This document shows positions 36,812 through 47,687 of a stretch of DNA of 64,000 nucleotides, piece after piece (the first letter of the stretch is position 1; the number at the start of each line of letters is the position of its first letter). Origin of the DNA: an uncultured Actinomycetes bacterium. Lineage in GTDB: Bacteria > Actinomycetota > Acidimicrobiia > Acidimicrobiales > CADCTF01. The translations under genes and the position numbers were made by a program. Where the stretch lies: NCBI GenBank assembly GCA_963750255.1, contig CAVVPZ010000006.1, positions 346,776 to 410,775 of the forward strand, given 5' to 3'. The notes under the pieces were generated by a model. It was not told the DNA's origin. It ran no database searches and saw nothing but the letters and a program-made list of their open reading frames with translations.

Positions 36812-37665
36812 CAGCCGGGGGCAGTGGCCCGGGCGGCGGAGAGGACTGCGGCGGCGCGGCCGTTGTCGATCGCCTCGGCCACCTGGCGACAACCATCGAG
36901 ACCGACGTTCCACATGCCTGGCGGACCCTCGTCGACGATGAGGAACACCTCGAACGCCGCGGCTCCGGGGGTGTGGAGTTGGGCACGGCCGGTCCAGCCG
37001 GGCGGCCGAGGTTCGAAGCGGAGGTCGACGACGACGTCGTCGCCCGGCCCGGCTCGATCGGCGCCGGTCCGGACGGTCACCGTCGACGACGGATCGACGC
37101 AGTCGACCACCACGTCTCCCCCGCTGTGTCGCAGGGGGACGGCGACGAGCGACGGACCATCCGGGCGCATGGCCACCACCAGCCCCGCTCCCGTCCACCC
37201 CGCCGGGCCGGATGTCGGGGGTGTCTCTGTGGCGGGCAGTCGGTAGAGAAAGCACCGGCCGCCGACCTCGTCGGGCTCCCAGCCGGGGACGGCGTAGCCG
37301 GTCGTCACGACCCGGCTGCCGACAGGGAGTGCGGCCAGGCGAGCGCGTAGTCGCTGGAGCGTCGACGGACTCAGGTAGGCGAAGACGACGTCCACTCCGG
37401 TCAGGTCGATCGAGGCGAAGTCGGCCTCGATCACCGTGCCCGTGACACCGTGCTCGGCAAGGAGTGACCGAGCGGAAGTGGCCAATTCGGCGTCGAGCTC
37501 GACGCCGGTCACGCGCGCCGAGCGCAACGCTGCAGCCCGCAGGAGCACCCGTCCGTCGCCGCACCCGAGATCGATGAGGTGCTCTCCGGGTGCGAGGCCG
37601 GCCAAGTCGAAGGCCCGGTCGATGCGGTCGTCGCTCGTCGCGGCCCAGAACGGCCATCCGGTCAT
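36811..37665 (-). CDS. class I SAM-dependent methyltransferase with an uncharacterised C-terminal domain
   Basis: HLIDLGCGDGRVLL (motif I), VTGVELD, DVVFAYL. A roughly 150-aa C-terminal region has no motif I recognise. Confidence 0.7.
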   Translation of the reverse strand: MTGWPFWAATSDDRIDRAFDLAGLAPGEHLIDLGCGDGRVLLRAAALRSARVTGVELDAELATSARSLLAEHGVTGTVIEADFASIDLTGVDVVFAYLSPSTLQRLRARLAALPVGSRVVTTGYAVPGWEPDEVGGRCFLYRLPATETPPTSGPAGWTGAGLVVAMRPDGPSLVAVPLRHSGGDVVVDCVDPSSTVTVRTGADRAGPGDDVVVDLRFEPRPPGWTGRAQLHTPGAAAFEVFLIVDEGPPGMWNVGLDGCRQVAEAIDNGRAAAVLSAARATAPG

Positions 37666-37705
37666 GAGCCAGGTCTATCCGACCGTTGCGCAGCGGAGGT
37701 TGCGT

Positions 37706-38452
37706 TCAGGTGGCGAGCGCGGGCTGTGGTCGCCGGACCTCGTCGTCGGCGGCGGCGTGGAGGCCCTCGATGAGATCCCCGATGGTGAGCACGGCGCGTT
37801 CGACGAGCACGTTGGGCAGGAGTACCCGGCTTCCGAGTTCGGCCAGCCACGCGTCGTGCTGGTAACCGTTGAGGACGGCGACGGCGTCGACGACGCGCAC
37901 CCCACCCGGCGCCTCGGTGAGGCCGGGGCCAAACGTGAGCACGGCGGGCACCACGTCGACGTGGATCTCGTTGCGAGCGAGGAGCTCGCGGAGCTGTTGG
38001 GCTGCGATCCGGGCCCGGATCGGGGGCTTGCCGCGGGGGTCGTCGCGGTCGGTCCACCGGCTCTGGATCGCGAGAATGCCCGCCGGGCCGATGGCGACAT
38101 GATCGACGTCGACGTGGGGGAGCACGACGCGATCGGTCACGTACCAGCCGGTCCGCCGGAACGCGGCGATGACCCGACGCTCCTCCCGTCGACGGACGGC
38201 TTCGGGGGTGGCTGCGGCCTTGGTCGCCGGACGCTTGCGCCCGAACGAAGTCGCCACGGCGTAGGCGCCCACGAGGAGCAAGACGGCCGCGTAGCCCAGC
38301 ATGGGCAGGCGCGAGGCCTCGGGAACGGTGGGCACACCGGCACCGTTGTTCTCGACGGCCGAGGCCACGGCAGCGACGACGGCAGCCAGGAGTGCAGCGG
38401 CGAGACCGAAGAGGCGCCGAAGCGGTCGGGACCGGCGGGCGGATGCGGTCAT
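37706..38452 (-). CDS. membrane-anchored NERD (nuclease-related) domain protein
   Basis: Two N-terminal TMs, then GWYVTDRVVLPHVDVDHVAIGPAGILAIQSRW, resembling the NERD core (DIDHvvigp.Gvfvie.K). Confidence 0.55.
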   Translation of the reverse strand: MTASARRSRPLRRLFGLAAALLAAVVAAVASAVENNGAGVPTVPEASRLPMLGYAAVLLLVGAYAVATSFGRKRPATKAAATPEAVRRREERRVIAAFRRTGWYVTDRVVLPHVDVDHVAIGPAGILAIQSRWTDRDDPRGKPPIRARIAAQQLRELLARNEIHVDVVPAVLTFGPGLTEAPGGVRVVDAVAVLNGYQHDAWLAELGSRVLLPNVLVERAVLTIGDLIEGLHAAADDEVRRPQPALAT

Positions 38453-38623
38453 GGTTGTTTCTTCGGCGCGACCAGTGAACGCCTGTAGACCGAACCGGCT
38501 CGAGCTGGCCCCTTTCGCCCGGCGGGCCGTCGTGGTAGACGTTGAGTGCGTTCCCTTCCACGGGGCGCGAACTCGCAGGCTCCGGCCCGCCTCGGTCGAT
38601 CGATCCGATCCCCTGGAGGGCCT

Positions 38624-40615
38624 GTGTCACGCACTCGCTTCCGCCCACCTCTTTCGTGGTCCCTCGTCGTGGCCGCGATCGTCGCGACGGCAGGCCTGCT
38701 CCGAGGTGGCCTGTTCGATCCACCTGCGCCCGCTGGTGCCGCCGTGGAGCACGGCGCCGGCTTTCACGGCGTCGTCGACGGCTACCGCAGTTGGTTCGGC
38801 AGCTATCGCCTGGGTGGCGAGGGTGAGGTCTGGTGCGTCGACCACGGCATTCGGGCGCCCGACGTCGTGCTGGGTTACGAGCCGACTGGACTCGACGATC
38901 GGGCTCCCGATACCCGACGGGCCATCGCCTGGGCTGTCGGACGCCACGGGCCTGGAGCCGACCGGGTGGGTGCAGCAGCGCTGATGCTCGTCCTCCACGA
39001 CCTGATGGGCGCTCGGTACCCCTCGGGCCCGCTGTCGGTCGATCAGCTCGCTCCCGACCGCCTCCAGGGGTTTGACGGGCTCGAAGGCGAGGTCGTCGCT
39101 CGGGCCCGGTCGATCAAGGCCGACGCCGTCGCTCGGGCCGCACTCGTCGGCCCATTCCGTCTCGCCGTGTCGGCCACCGAGGTGCTGGCCGGTCGCCGAG
39201 GCAACCTCGAGGCGTCGGTTGTCGACGCTGGTGGTCGCCCCGTCAGTGGGGTCGCCATCCATCCCGCCGTCACAGGAGCCGCGCTGGTCGGCGACGTCGA
39301 CCAGGTCACCGCGGCCGACGGCCGGGCCACCTGGGCCTTCGACGCCGCACCGGGGGCGAACACGTTCGACCTGTCAGCCAGCGCCCCCGGCGCGGAGTTG
39401 CGGGCCCTCCGGCCCACGGTTGGTCCGGCCCAGCGGGTGGCTCGCCCTGCCACCGTCGCGCTGCGGGTGTCAACCGCCTTCGACGGTCAGGTCCCCCGAC
39501 GGCTCTCCGTTCACAAGTCCGGCGACGGCGGCCCGACCCTTCCGGTGACCGGTGCGGAGTTCGTGGTCGAGGGCCACGAGCAGACGCCGCTGGTCGTCAC
39601 GAACGATGGACTCACGGAGTCGATCGAGGTGCTTCCCGGTCGGTACACGGTGACCGAGGTGAGGGCGCCGATCGGGTACGAGCCCGCCGGTCCCTGGACG
39701 GTCGAGATCACCGATCACGACGTGGTGCTCGAGGTGTCCAACGCCGCTCGCCGGGGCCGACTCCGCATCGAGAAGGTCGACGCGCTCACGGGCCAGCCCG
39801 TGACCGGGGCCACCTTCGAGGTGCGGGGCGACCTCGACGGCGACCACGACGCCTTCGAAGTCGGCGTCGACGACATCAACGCCGATCTTCTCCCCGGTCG
39901 CTACCAGGTCCGAGAGGTGAGCGCGCCGCCCGGGTACGCGCTGGCCGACGATCCCGTCGTCGTCGAGGTCCGCGCCAGAGAGACGGCGGTGGCCACCATC
40001 GCCGACCATCCGCTGGTGAGCATCGTCTTCGAGAAGTCGCCGGCGTTGGCCGGGGCGACGTTCGCGGTGACAACTGCGGCCGGTGATCGGGTGGTCGGGC
40101 GGTGCACGACAGACGCCGACGGCAAGTGCTCGGTCGGCGCTGGTGCCATCGGCGCCGGGACCGACTTCTGCTGGCAGCGAAGAGGCGGCCCCGCCCGGCT
40201 GGCTGGCGGACGAGGGCGACTGCCTGACGGCGCCGACCGCCCCCGGCAGCCGCCACGTCATCGCCGTCCACGAGCAGCCGATCCCGCCGCCGACCACGAT
40301 CACCTCGACGCCCCCACCTACAACCACGACCACGCCCCGCTTCCGACATCGACGACGATCACCACGGTGGCGCCGTCGATTGCCACCGCGCCGCCTCCAG
40401 TGGTCGCTGCCTCCCCGCCCGTGGGTCGTCCGCCGGCCACCGAGTTGCCCCGAACAGGAGCATCGCTACGACGGCTGACCGGCATCGGGCTGGCCCTGTG
40501 CGGCGTCGGCCTCGGCGCCGTCGCTAGCTCGGAAGCCAGCTCGTCGGGTAGGCGGGATCGTCGAGGGCGTCGGCGCCGGCCGCGAGCTGCAGGGGGGCGA
40601 AGGTGTCGATCATGA
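38624..40615 (+). pseudogene. LPxTG-anchored surface protein with three SpaA/Cna-B-like domains; two frame breaks as assembled
   Basis: GTG 38624 gives a signal/TM peptide (LSWSLVVAAIVATAGLL). Three repeats follow the pattern G..F.V......LLPGRY.V.E..AP.GY. The Pro/Thr linker leads to LPRTG plus a hydrophobic tail. The segment 40178-40337 reads correctly only in the frame of track ORF 40083..40478. The 3' end after the TM is uncertain. Confidence 0.7.
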
Positions 40616-41694
40616 CCGCGAGTTCGTCGGTCCAGGTCTTGCCGATCGAGGCTTCGGCCACCCCTGGCGCTGGGCCGTGGGGGATGCCCCGAGGGTGCCA
40701 CGTAAGCGCCCCGGCCTCGATGCCGCGTCGACTGAAGAAGTCGCCGCTCACGTAGAACAACACCTCGTCGGAGTCGAGATTGGCGTGGTGGTACGGCGCG
40801 GTGATCACGCCGGGTCCGTCGTCGAGGCGTCGGGGCACGAACGAGCACACGACTGCGCCATCGAGTTCAAACGTCTGATGCACGGGCGGAGGCTGGTGTT
40901 GGCGGCCGCTGATCGGCTCGAAATCGTGGATCGACAGGGCGTAGGGATAGAGATGGCCGTCCCATCCCGCGACATCGAAGGGGTGATGGTCGAGCGTGTA
41001 GACCGCGGCGCGGTCTCCGACCCGGACCCAGACGTCGAACTCGCCGAGGACGTCGAGATCGACAAGGCTCGGTGGGCCGGCGGAAGTCGCGTTCCCAATA
41101 CGGGGCGTGCTCGAGGAGTTGGCCCTCAGTGTTTTGGTAGCGCCGGGGCAGACGGACGGTGCCAGGCGACTCGACGACGAGGTGGACGTTGCCGTCGCCG
41201 TCCGGGTGCCACTGGTGAACCGTCCCCTTTGGCACGACCACGTAGTCGCCGGCGCGGTAGTCGAGCACGCCGAACACCGACTCGAGTCGGCCTCCTCCCT
41301 GGTGCACGAAGTGGATCTCATCGCCGCCGCCATTTCGTGTCAGGCGGCCGGCCTCGGCCCCGAACGACGAGAGCGCTATTCGGACGGCGTCGTTGGACAA
41401 CAGGGTGCGTCGCCCGTCGAGTTCGTCGGCGCCGGCGGTGAGCCGTCCCGCCGAACGCAGGAGATGGTGGCGGAGGACCCGATCTTGTGACGCCAACGCT
41501 GGCGCTGGGACCGCGGCGACCTCGCGCACGGACAAGACCCGGGTGGGGGCGTGCCGGTGGTAGAGGATGGAATACCGCCCGCTGAATCCTTCGAGGCCGA
41601 CAACCTCTTCGTTCAGGAGGGAGCCGTCGGCGCTGCGGTGGGCAACGTGGCGTTTGGCCGGGACGTCACCGAGGCGGTGGTAGCTGGGCGCCAT
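40524..41694 (-). pseudogene. homogentisate 1,2-dioxygenase-family protein (cupin), one frame break as assembled
   Basis: The N-terminal half is track ORF 40867..41694 (HFVHQGGGRLESVFGVLDYRAGDYVVVPKGTVHQW). The C-terminal half is ORF 40524..41333 (PYHHANLDSDEVLFYVSGDF). The junction ERDFR|GPPSLVDL lies near 41080. Confidence 0.7.
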
Positions 41695-41715
41695 CGGCCC
41701 CCAGTCTGTCGCCGC

Positions 41716-42498
41716 TCAGCCGAGGACGTTGGAAACAGGCGAGACCGGCATTGCGATCGGCGCTGCTGGCGACGACGCCTGGGCCATGGAAGGCGAGGGC
41801 TCGACGACGGGCGCCGTCGGCGACGTCGTCGAGGTCAGCGATGTCGACGACGTGAGGCGGTCGGCAACCGGCGTGACCACGGTGTCGTCGACCTGGGCCA
41901 GGACGGGTGACAGCACGGGCCCGGCGACAGGCACCTGGGCCACGACGCTCACCACAGGTGCGAGCACGCCGCCACCGGTCGTCACCGGTCCGGAACCCGA
42001 TCCCGGGGCGGGGGGAGCCGGCGGGCGGGGAGCGCTGGGCGTCGAGCGATCGGCCACGGTGGAGCCGGCGGGAACGGTCCGTTCCGCGGGCACGGTCGGC
42101 GTCGGGGCGGTGGTGGCGGCCGGGGCCGGGGCGGCGACCTCGCCTTCGGCCAGCGTGGGACCGGGCAGGGGACGGGGAGCCAAGCTGGCGGCGTAGGCGT
42201 GCTCGCCGAACACGAAGCCCTCGCTGCCGTTGCCGAAGCCGGCGAAGGGGGAGGTGGACGACGCGACGGCAGGGGCGGCAGCCGCTGCGGCGGTCGCCGC
42301 CCGGCGGTCGGCGGCCGAGCCATCGCTCAGCGGCGACTGGAGCACCACGTAGAGATCGCCGGCCAGGAGCCCGGCGATGGCCACGCCGAGGCCGATCTTG
42401 GCCCATCGAGGGGCGCCCGTCGAACGGGCCGGCAGGGGTCGAACCGGCTTGGGGGCCGGGCGGGCTGGGGTCGCGGTCGGACTGGTGATGCTGGTCAT
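41716..42498 (-). CDS. Pro/Ala/Thr-rich membrane-anchored hypothetical protein
   Basis: One TM (WAKIGLGVAIAGLLAGDLYVVL) followed by a low-complexity region. The start is ATG 42498 or GTG 42528. Confidence 0.45.
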   Translation of the reverse strand: MTSITSPTATPARPAPKPVRPLPARSTGAPRWAKIGLGVAIAGLLAGDLYVVLQSPLSDGSAADRRAATAAAAAAPAVASSTSPFAGFGNGSEGFVFGEHAYAASLAPRPLPGPTLAEGEVAAPAPAATTAPTPTVPAERTVPAGSTVADRSTPSAPRPPAPPAPGSGSGPVTTGGGVLAPVVSVVAQVPVAGPVLSPVLAQVDDTVVTPVADRLTSSTSLTSTTSPTAPVVEPSPSMAQASSPAAPIAMPVSPVSNVLG

Positions 42499-42516
42499 GG
42501 TGGCTCCCGTCGATGC

Positions 42517-42541
42517 CGAACTAGTCACGTCGAACTAGTTC
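42517..42541. promoter_or_regulatory. duplicated GAACTAGT motif; the second copy forms the 10-bp palindrome GAACTAGTTC
   Basis: CGAACTAGTCACGTCGAACTAGTTC, two copies 14 nt apart. The sequence is AT-rich against the GC background and lies in the divergent region upstream of the second nuo operon. Confidence 0.3.
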
Positions 42542-42601
42542 TTCGGCAGGTCCATTGTCCATGTTGAGCGGGTGAGCAGGTGGGAGGCTCGCTTTGGCGG
42601 C

Positions 42602-42619
42602 GTGTGAAGCCGCTCACTA
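42602..42619. promoter_or_regulatory. TGTGA-N6-TCAC inverted repeat (Rex/CRP-type operator candidate) upstream of the second nuoA
   Basis: GTGTGAAGCCGCTCACTA, 14 nt upstream of ATG 42633. It overlaps a TAGGCT -10-like hexamer (42618-42623). No Shine-Dalgarno sequence is visible, so the transcript may be leaderless. Confidence 0.4.
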
Positions 42620-42632
42620 GGCTCCCGCCCCG

Positions 42633-42998
42633 ATGTCGGACTTCCTCCGGAGCTACCTGACGGTGGCCATTCTCGGGGGTGCCGCGTTGGTGCTGGTCAG
42701 CGCGATGTTGGGCGCCGGCAGCCTCATCCGGCCCCGTCGACCGCAGCCACAGAAATACATTCCCTATGAGAGCGGTGTCGATCCCGTCGGTACCGGCTGG
42801 TCCCAGAGCCAGATCCGGTACTACGTGTTCGCACTGTTGTTCGTGCTGTTCGACGTCGAAGCCGTCTTCATTTTCCCGTGGGCCGTCCAACTCGAGTTGC
42901 TGGGCGTCTTCGGCCTCGTCGAGATGATCGTCTTCATCGTCATCCTCGTACTCGGCCTGGTCTACGCCTGGCGCAAGGGGGTCCTCCGGTGGGTCTAG
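42633..42998 (+). CDS. nuoA: NADH-quinone oxidoreductase subunit A (second, 11-subunit operon)
   Basis: 121 aa. [29 protein letters not shown]. Confidence 0.92.
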   Translation: MSDFLRSYLTVAILGGAALVLVSAMLGAGSLIRPRRPQPQKYIPYESGVDPVGTGWSQSQIRYYVFALLFVLFDVEAVFIFPWAVQLELLGVFGLVEMIVFIVILVLGLVYAWRKGVLRWV

Positions 42999-43504
42999 TC
43001 GAGAGCGGCAAGGTCCCGAAGCCCCTCACGTGGCTGTTGAACTACGGCCGCAAGTACTCGCTGTGGGTGTACCAGTGGGGTCTGGCCTGCTGCGCCATCG
43101 AGATGGGCGCCGCCTTCGGCTCGCCCCGCTACGACGTGATGCGCCTCGGCGTCATCCCGCTGCCCGCCAGCGCCCGCCAGGCCGACCTGGTCGTCATCTC
43201 CGGCACGGTCACCGACAAGATGGCGCCGCCCATCCGGCGCCTCTGGGAGCAGATGCCCGATCCCAAGTACGTGATCAGCATGGGTAGCTGTGCGAACTGC
43301 GGCGGGCCCTACTGGGACAGCTATTCGGTGACCAAGGGCGTCGACCAGATCATCCCGGTCGACGTCTACGTGCCCGGTTGCCCGCCCCGCCCCGAGGCCC
43401 TGCTGGAGGGCATCGTCTTGCTGCAACAGATGATCCAGCAGGAGAACATGGCCGATCGCTGGCGGGGCGAGCCCCTCGTCGTCGGCGGTGGTCCGATCTC
43501 ATGA
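42989..43504 (+). CDS. nuoB: NADH-quinone oxidoreductase subunit B (second operon)
   Basis: GTG 42989 overlaps the nuoA stop. [29 protein letters not shown]. Confidence 0.93.
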   Translation: MGLVESGKVPKPLTWLLNYGRKYSLWVYQWGLACCAIEMGAAFGSPRYDVMRLGVIPLPASARQADLVVISGTVTDKMAPPIRRLWEQMPDPKYVISMGSCANCGGPYWDSYSVTKGVDQIIPVDVYVPGCPPRPEALLEGIVLLQQMIQQENMADRWRGEPLVVGGGPIS

Positions 43505-44167
43505 GTGACGAGCAGCCCGACGTGCCCGCCGGCCCGGTGCCGGACGACCTCCGCGACCCGATCCTTGCCGCCCTCGAGGCCGCGCTCGGCGAGGCGGTTC
43601 TCGGGTCGGAGGTGGCCAAAGGCGACCTCACGGTGCGGGTGGCCACCGGCGAGTGGCGGCGCGACCGTCCAGTGGTGCAAAGACCACGGCTTCACGTATT
43701 TCTGCTTCCTCTCGGGGATCGACTGGATGCCCAGCCCCGACGCCGAGGGTCGCTACGAGAACACCTTCGTCCCGACCGACGCCGAGGCCGAGGTCGACCA
43801 GCCCGAACGCCAGAGCGGTGTGGCCGGCGGCGACACCCGTTTCCAGGTTCTGTGCCGGCTCTTCGATGTCGACAGCAAGGTCGGGATCAACCTGAAGGCC
43901 GACCTCGACGACTCGACCCCCTCGGTCGAGTCGGTCACGGGTGTCTTCCGCGGTGCCGACTGGCACGAGCGTGAAGCCTGGGAGATGTTCGGCTTCGACT
44001 TCGTCGGCCACCCCGGGCTCCGCCACTTGTATCTGCCCTCCGAGTTCGAGGGATTCCCGCTCCGGAAGGACTTCCCGCTGCTCGCCCGCGTGGTCAAGCC
44101 GTGGCCGGGACTCGTGGACAAAGAGCCCGTCCCCGGCGAGGACGAAGAAGAGGAGGCGACGGCGTGA
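43501..44167 (+). pseudogene. nuoC: NADH-quinone oxidoreductase subunit C (second operon), one frame break as assembled
   Basis: ATGA overlap at 43501 gives [35 protein letters not shown]...GEWRR. The remainder (VQWCKDHGFTYFCFLSGIDW...HEREAWEMFGFDFVGHPGLRHLYLP) is in the frame of track ORF 43505. The switch lies near 43660. Confidence 0.85.
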
Positions 44168-45336
44168 CGATCACCGACCACCAACAGCAGGCCTATATCG
44201 CCGGCCAGGCCGCCGACGCCCGGATCCGCTTCGAGCTCGAGACCGAGGGCATGACCCTCAACATCGGCCCTCAGCACCCGGCCACCCACGGCACCCTGCG
44301 CATCGTGGTCCGCCTCGACGGCGAGCAGGTCGTCTGGGCCGATCCGGTCTGTGGCTACATGCATCGCGGCTACGAGAAGCTGGCCGAGGTCCGCAAGTAC
44401 CAGCAGGTCACGACCCTGGTCAACCGCATCGACTGGTTGGGATCGTTCTGCAACGAGGTGCCGTTCATCCTCGCGGCAGAGAAGCTCTACGAGGTCGAGG
44501 CGCCGCCCCGTGCCCAGTGGATCCGCACGATCCTCTTCGAGTTGGGTCGCATCGCCAACATCGCGTTGTTCCTCGGCGACATGGGAGTCCAACTCGGCGC
44601 CATCACCCCCGTCTTCTTCGCGTTCCGAGACCGCGAGCACGTCCTCAACCTGATCGAGGGCGCCACCGGCGGCCGGTTCCACCCCAACTACGACCGAGTC
44701 GGCGGCCTGAAGGAAGACCTGCCCAAGGGCTGGGTCGAAGAGTGCCGGTCGGCGATGGACAGCCTCCGGACGTTCTGCGACGAGATGGAGACGCTGCTCC
44801 TCGGCAACGAGATCTTCGCCGAGCGGTGCCGCGGCATCGGCGTCATTCCCCGCCAGATCGCGCTCGACTACGGACTTTCTGGAGCCAATGCCCGGGCCAG
44901 CGGTATCGACTGGGACATTCGTCGCGACGCGCCGAGTCCGCTGGCGTGGAACGAGGTCGACTGGAAGGTCTGGACCCATCCCGACGGCGACTCCTACGCT
45001 CGCTACTGGGTCCGCCTGCAGGAGACCCGGGAGGCGACCAAGATCGTCGACCAACTGCTCGACGGTCTGCCCTCGGGCCCGGTGATGGCCAAGATGCCGG
45101 CCCGCCTCCGCGTGCCCCGCGGCGAAGCGTGGATCAGCACCGAGAACCCCCTTGGCGAGATGGGTTACTACGTGATCAGCGACGGCGGCCCCAGTGGTCC
45201 CTTCCGCTGCAAGATCCGGACGCCGAGCTTCAACAACATCTCGATCGTGCCCTGGTTGCTGCGCGGCGTCTACGTGCCCGACGTGATCACGATCCTGGCC
45301 AGCCTCTACTTCATCCTGGGGGACATCGACCGGTGA
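44164..45336 (+). CDS. nuoD: NADH-quinone oxidoreductase subunit D (second operon)
   Basis: GTGA overlap. MTLNIGPQHPATHGTLR and the C-terminal FILGDIDR. Confidence 0.93.
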   Translation: MTITDHQQQAYIAGQAADARIRFELETEGMTLNIGPQHPATHGTLRIVVRLDGEQVVWADPVCGYMHRGYEKLAEVRKYQQVTTLVNRIDWLGSFCNEVPFILAAEKLYEVEAPPRAQWIRTILFELGRIANIALFLGDMGVQLGAITPVFFAFRDREHVLNLIEGATGGRFHPNYDRVGGLKEDLPKGWVEECRSAMDSLRTFCDEMETLLLGNEIFAERCRGIGVIPRQIALDYGLSGANARASGIDWDIRRDAPSPLAWNEVDWKVWTHPDGDSYARYWVRLQETREATKIVDQLLDGLPSGPVMAKMPARLRVPRGEAWISTENPLGEMGYYVISDGGPSGPFRCKIRTPSFNNISIVPWLLRGVYVPDVITILASLYFILGDIDR

Positions 45337-46352
45337 TCGCCCTCAGCTATCCGGTCGAGACGGCCATCAAGATGGCCGTGATGCTGGGCGTCGTCCCCGT
45401 GTCGGCCCTCGTTTTCGGCTACGTGTTCCTCTTCAAGATGATGAGCCACATGCAGAGCCGGCTCGGGCCCATGGAGGCCGGGTTCCACGGCACCCTGCAG
45501 CCCATCGCCGAAGGCATCAAGTTCCTCCAGAAGGAAGACCTGATGCCCGACAAGGCCGACCGTCGGATCTTCGGGATGGCGCCGATCGTGGTCGTCCTCT
45601 CGACGTTCCTGGTCTTCGCCGTCATCCCGGCTGGACCCAGCCTCGTCGTCGCCGACCTCGATGTCGGCATCTTCTACGCCATGGCCGTCGGATCGATCGG
45701 CGTGCTCGGCGTCCTGATGGCCGGCTGGGGCTCGGCCAACAAGTACTCCCTGCTCGGAGCGCTCCGGGCCGCGGGCCAGCTCATCGCCTACGAATTGCCG
45801 CTCGTCCTCGCCGTCGTCGGCGTCGTGATCCAGGCCGGCACCATGAGTCTTCCCGGCATCGTCGAAGCCCAGGCCAAGGGGGAGATCTTCGGGTTCGGAG
45901 GTTTCGGCAACCCGTTCATCCTCACCCAGTTCATCGGCTTCGCCCTGTTCATGATCGCGGCGCAGGCCGAGTTGACCCAGGCGCCGTTCGACATGCCGAT
46001 CGCCGAGTCGGAGCTCGTGGCTGGCTACATGACCGAATACAGCGGCTTCCGGTTCCTCTTCTTCTTCATCGCCGAGTTCGCCACTGCCTTCGCGCTCTCG
46101 GCCATCGCCGCCACCCTCTTCTTGGGAGGATGGTTCCTGCCCGGCATGGGGACCGACGGCGGTACCGGCAACTTCCTCGGGCCGCTCGTGCTCGGCGGCA
46201 AGGTCATGCTCGTGGCCTTCTTCATCTTCTGGTTCCGCTTCTCGTATCCCCGCCTCCGCGAGGATCAGTTGCAGACGTTCGCGTGGAAGTACCTCATCCC
46301 GATCTCGTTGGTGAACATCACCGCGACCGCAGTGCTGAAGGTGGTGTTCTAA
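45333..46352 (+). CDS. nuoH: NADH-quinone oxidoreductase subunit H (second operon)
   Basis: GTGA overlap. MQSRLGPMEAGFHGTLQPIAEGIKFLQKED, ELTQAPFDMPIAESELVAGYMTEYS. Confidence 0.93.
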   Translation: MIALSYPVETAIKMAVMLGVVPVSALVFGYVFLFKMMSHMQSRLGPMEAGFHGTLQPIAEGIKFLQKEDLMPDKADRRIFGMAPIVVVLSTFLVFAVIPAGPSLVVADLDVGIFYAMAVGSIGVLGVLMAGWGSANKYSLLGALRAAGQLIAYELPLVLAVVGVVIQAGTMSLPGIVEAQAKGEIFGFGGFGNPFILTQFIGFALFMIAAQAELTQAPFDMPIAESELVAGYMTEYSGFRFLFFFIAEFATAFALSAIAATLFLGGWFLPGMGTDGGTGNFLGPLVLGGKVMLVAFFIFWFRFSYPRLREDQLQTFAWKYLIPISLVNITATAVLKVVF

Positions 46353-46868
46353 GTGGCCAAGCCGCAGATCCCCGGCCTGATCAAGGGCCTCGGCGTCACG
46401 CTGGGCACGATGCTGCGTCCGGCCGTCACCGTGCAGTATCCGCACGTCAAGGAAGCGCCGCCCGTCCGGGCCCGAGGGGTCATCGCCCTCCTCGAGGACA
46501 ACTGCACCGTCTGCATGCTGTGCGCCCGCGAGTGCCCCGACTGGTGCATCTACATCGAGGGCCACAACGACAAGGCGCCGCCGAGGCGGGAGGGCGGCAA
46601 GCCCCGCACCGTCAATGTGCTCGACCGCTTCGACATCGACTACTCGCTGTGCATGTACTGCGGCATCTGCGTCGAGGTCTGCCCGTTCGACGCCCTCTTT
46701 TGGAGCCCGGAGTACGAGTACTCCGAGATCAGCATCGCCGACCTCCTGCACGACAAGCGACGCCTGGGCGAGTGGATGGACACCGTCCCCGAGCCCCCCG
46801 CCCTCGAGGCCGGGTCCCAGGGCAAGCTCAAGAAGGGGCCCGCCGAGGCGCGGGCCAAGAACAAGTAG
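46353..46868 (+). CDS. nuoI: NADH-quinone oxidoreductase subunit I (second operon)
   Basis: [12 protein letters not shown] and [12 protein letters not shown]. Confidence 0.92.
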   Translation: MAKPQIPGLIKGLGVTLGTMLRPAVTVQYPHVKEAPPVRARGVIALLEDNCTVCMLCARECPDWCIYIEGHNDKAPPRREGGKPRTVNVLDRFDIDYSLCMYCGICVEVCPFDALFWSPEYEYSEISIADLLHDKRRLGEWMDTVPEPPALEAGSQGKLKKGPAEARAKNK

Positions 46869-46870
46869 CC

Positions 46871-47362
46871 ATGGTCGCCCAGAACATCGCCTTCGGCGTC
46901 CTCGCGCTCGTGATGGCCATCTCGGCCATTCGGGTGGTGACGGCCAAGAACGTCGTCCACGCTGCGCTCTACCTCGTGCTGGTGCTCGCCGGCGTGGCCG
47001 GCATCTTCATCTTGTTGGCCGCCGAGTTCCTCGCCATCGTCCAAGTGCTCGTCTACATCGGTGCCATCGTCGTGCTGTTCCTGTTCGGCATCATGCTCAC
47101 CCGAGCGCCGATCGGGAACTCCTCCGAACTCGACAACGACCAGCGCTGGGTCGGTCTCTTGGTGAGCGTCGGGCTCTTCGCGCTTCTGGCCACGATCCTC
47201 CTCGACGGTTTCGGTGACGTGAAGCTCCAAGACCAGGGCGTGGCCCGCACCGACGCCGTCGGCCTCGCCATCTTCCAGACCTACGTGATCCCGTTCGAGG
47301 TCATCTCCGTGCTCCTGCTGGCCGCCCTCGTCGGGGCCGTCGTGATCGCCCGAAGGGATTAG
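46871..47362 (+). CDS. nuoJ: NADH-quinone oxidoreductase subunit J (second operon)
   Basis: ATG 46871. [51 protein letters not shown]. Confidence 0.9.
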   Translation: MVAQNIAFGVLALVMAISAIRVVTAKNVVHAALYLVLVLAGVAGIFILLAAEFLAIVQVLVYIGAIVVLFLFGIMLTRAPIGNSSELDNDQRWVGLLVSVGLFALLATILLDGFGDVKLQDQGVARTDAVGLAIFQTYVIPFEVISVLLLAALVGAVVIARRD

Positions 47363-47367
47363 CGGCC

Positions 47368-47676
47368 GTGTACCTCATGCAGTTCCTCCTCCTGGCCGCG
47401 TTCCTCTTCTGCGTCGGCGTCTATGGCGTGCTGGCGCGCAAGAACGCCGTGTTGGTGCTCATGTCGGTCGAGCTGATCCTCAACTCTGTCAACATCAACC
47501 TGATCGCGCTGGGCGTCTACCGGGGCGCCGAAGAGGCCGTCATCGGCCAGGTCTTCGCCCTCTTCACCGTGGCCGTCGCCGCGGCCGAGGTCGGAATCGG
47601 CCTGGCCATCGTCCTGCTCATCTACCGCAACCGCGCCGACATCGACCTCACCCAGGTCGACCTGATGAAGGGCTGA
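47368..47676 (+). CDS. nuoK: NADH-quinone oxidoreductase subunit K (second operon)
   Basis: 102 aa. [29 protein letters not shown]. Confidence 0.92.
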   Translation: MYLMQFLLLAAFLFCVGVYGVLARKNAVLVLMSVELILNSVNINLIALGVYRGAEEAVIGQVFALFTVAVAAAEVGIGLAIVLLIYRNRADIDLTQVDLMKG

Positions 47677-47687
47677 TCGGCCACCAC

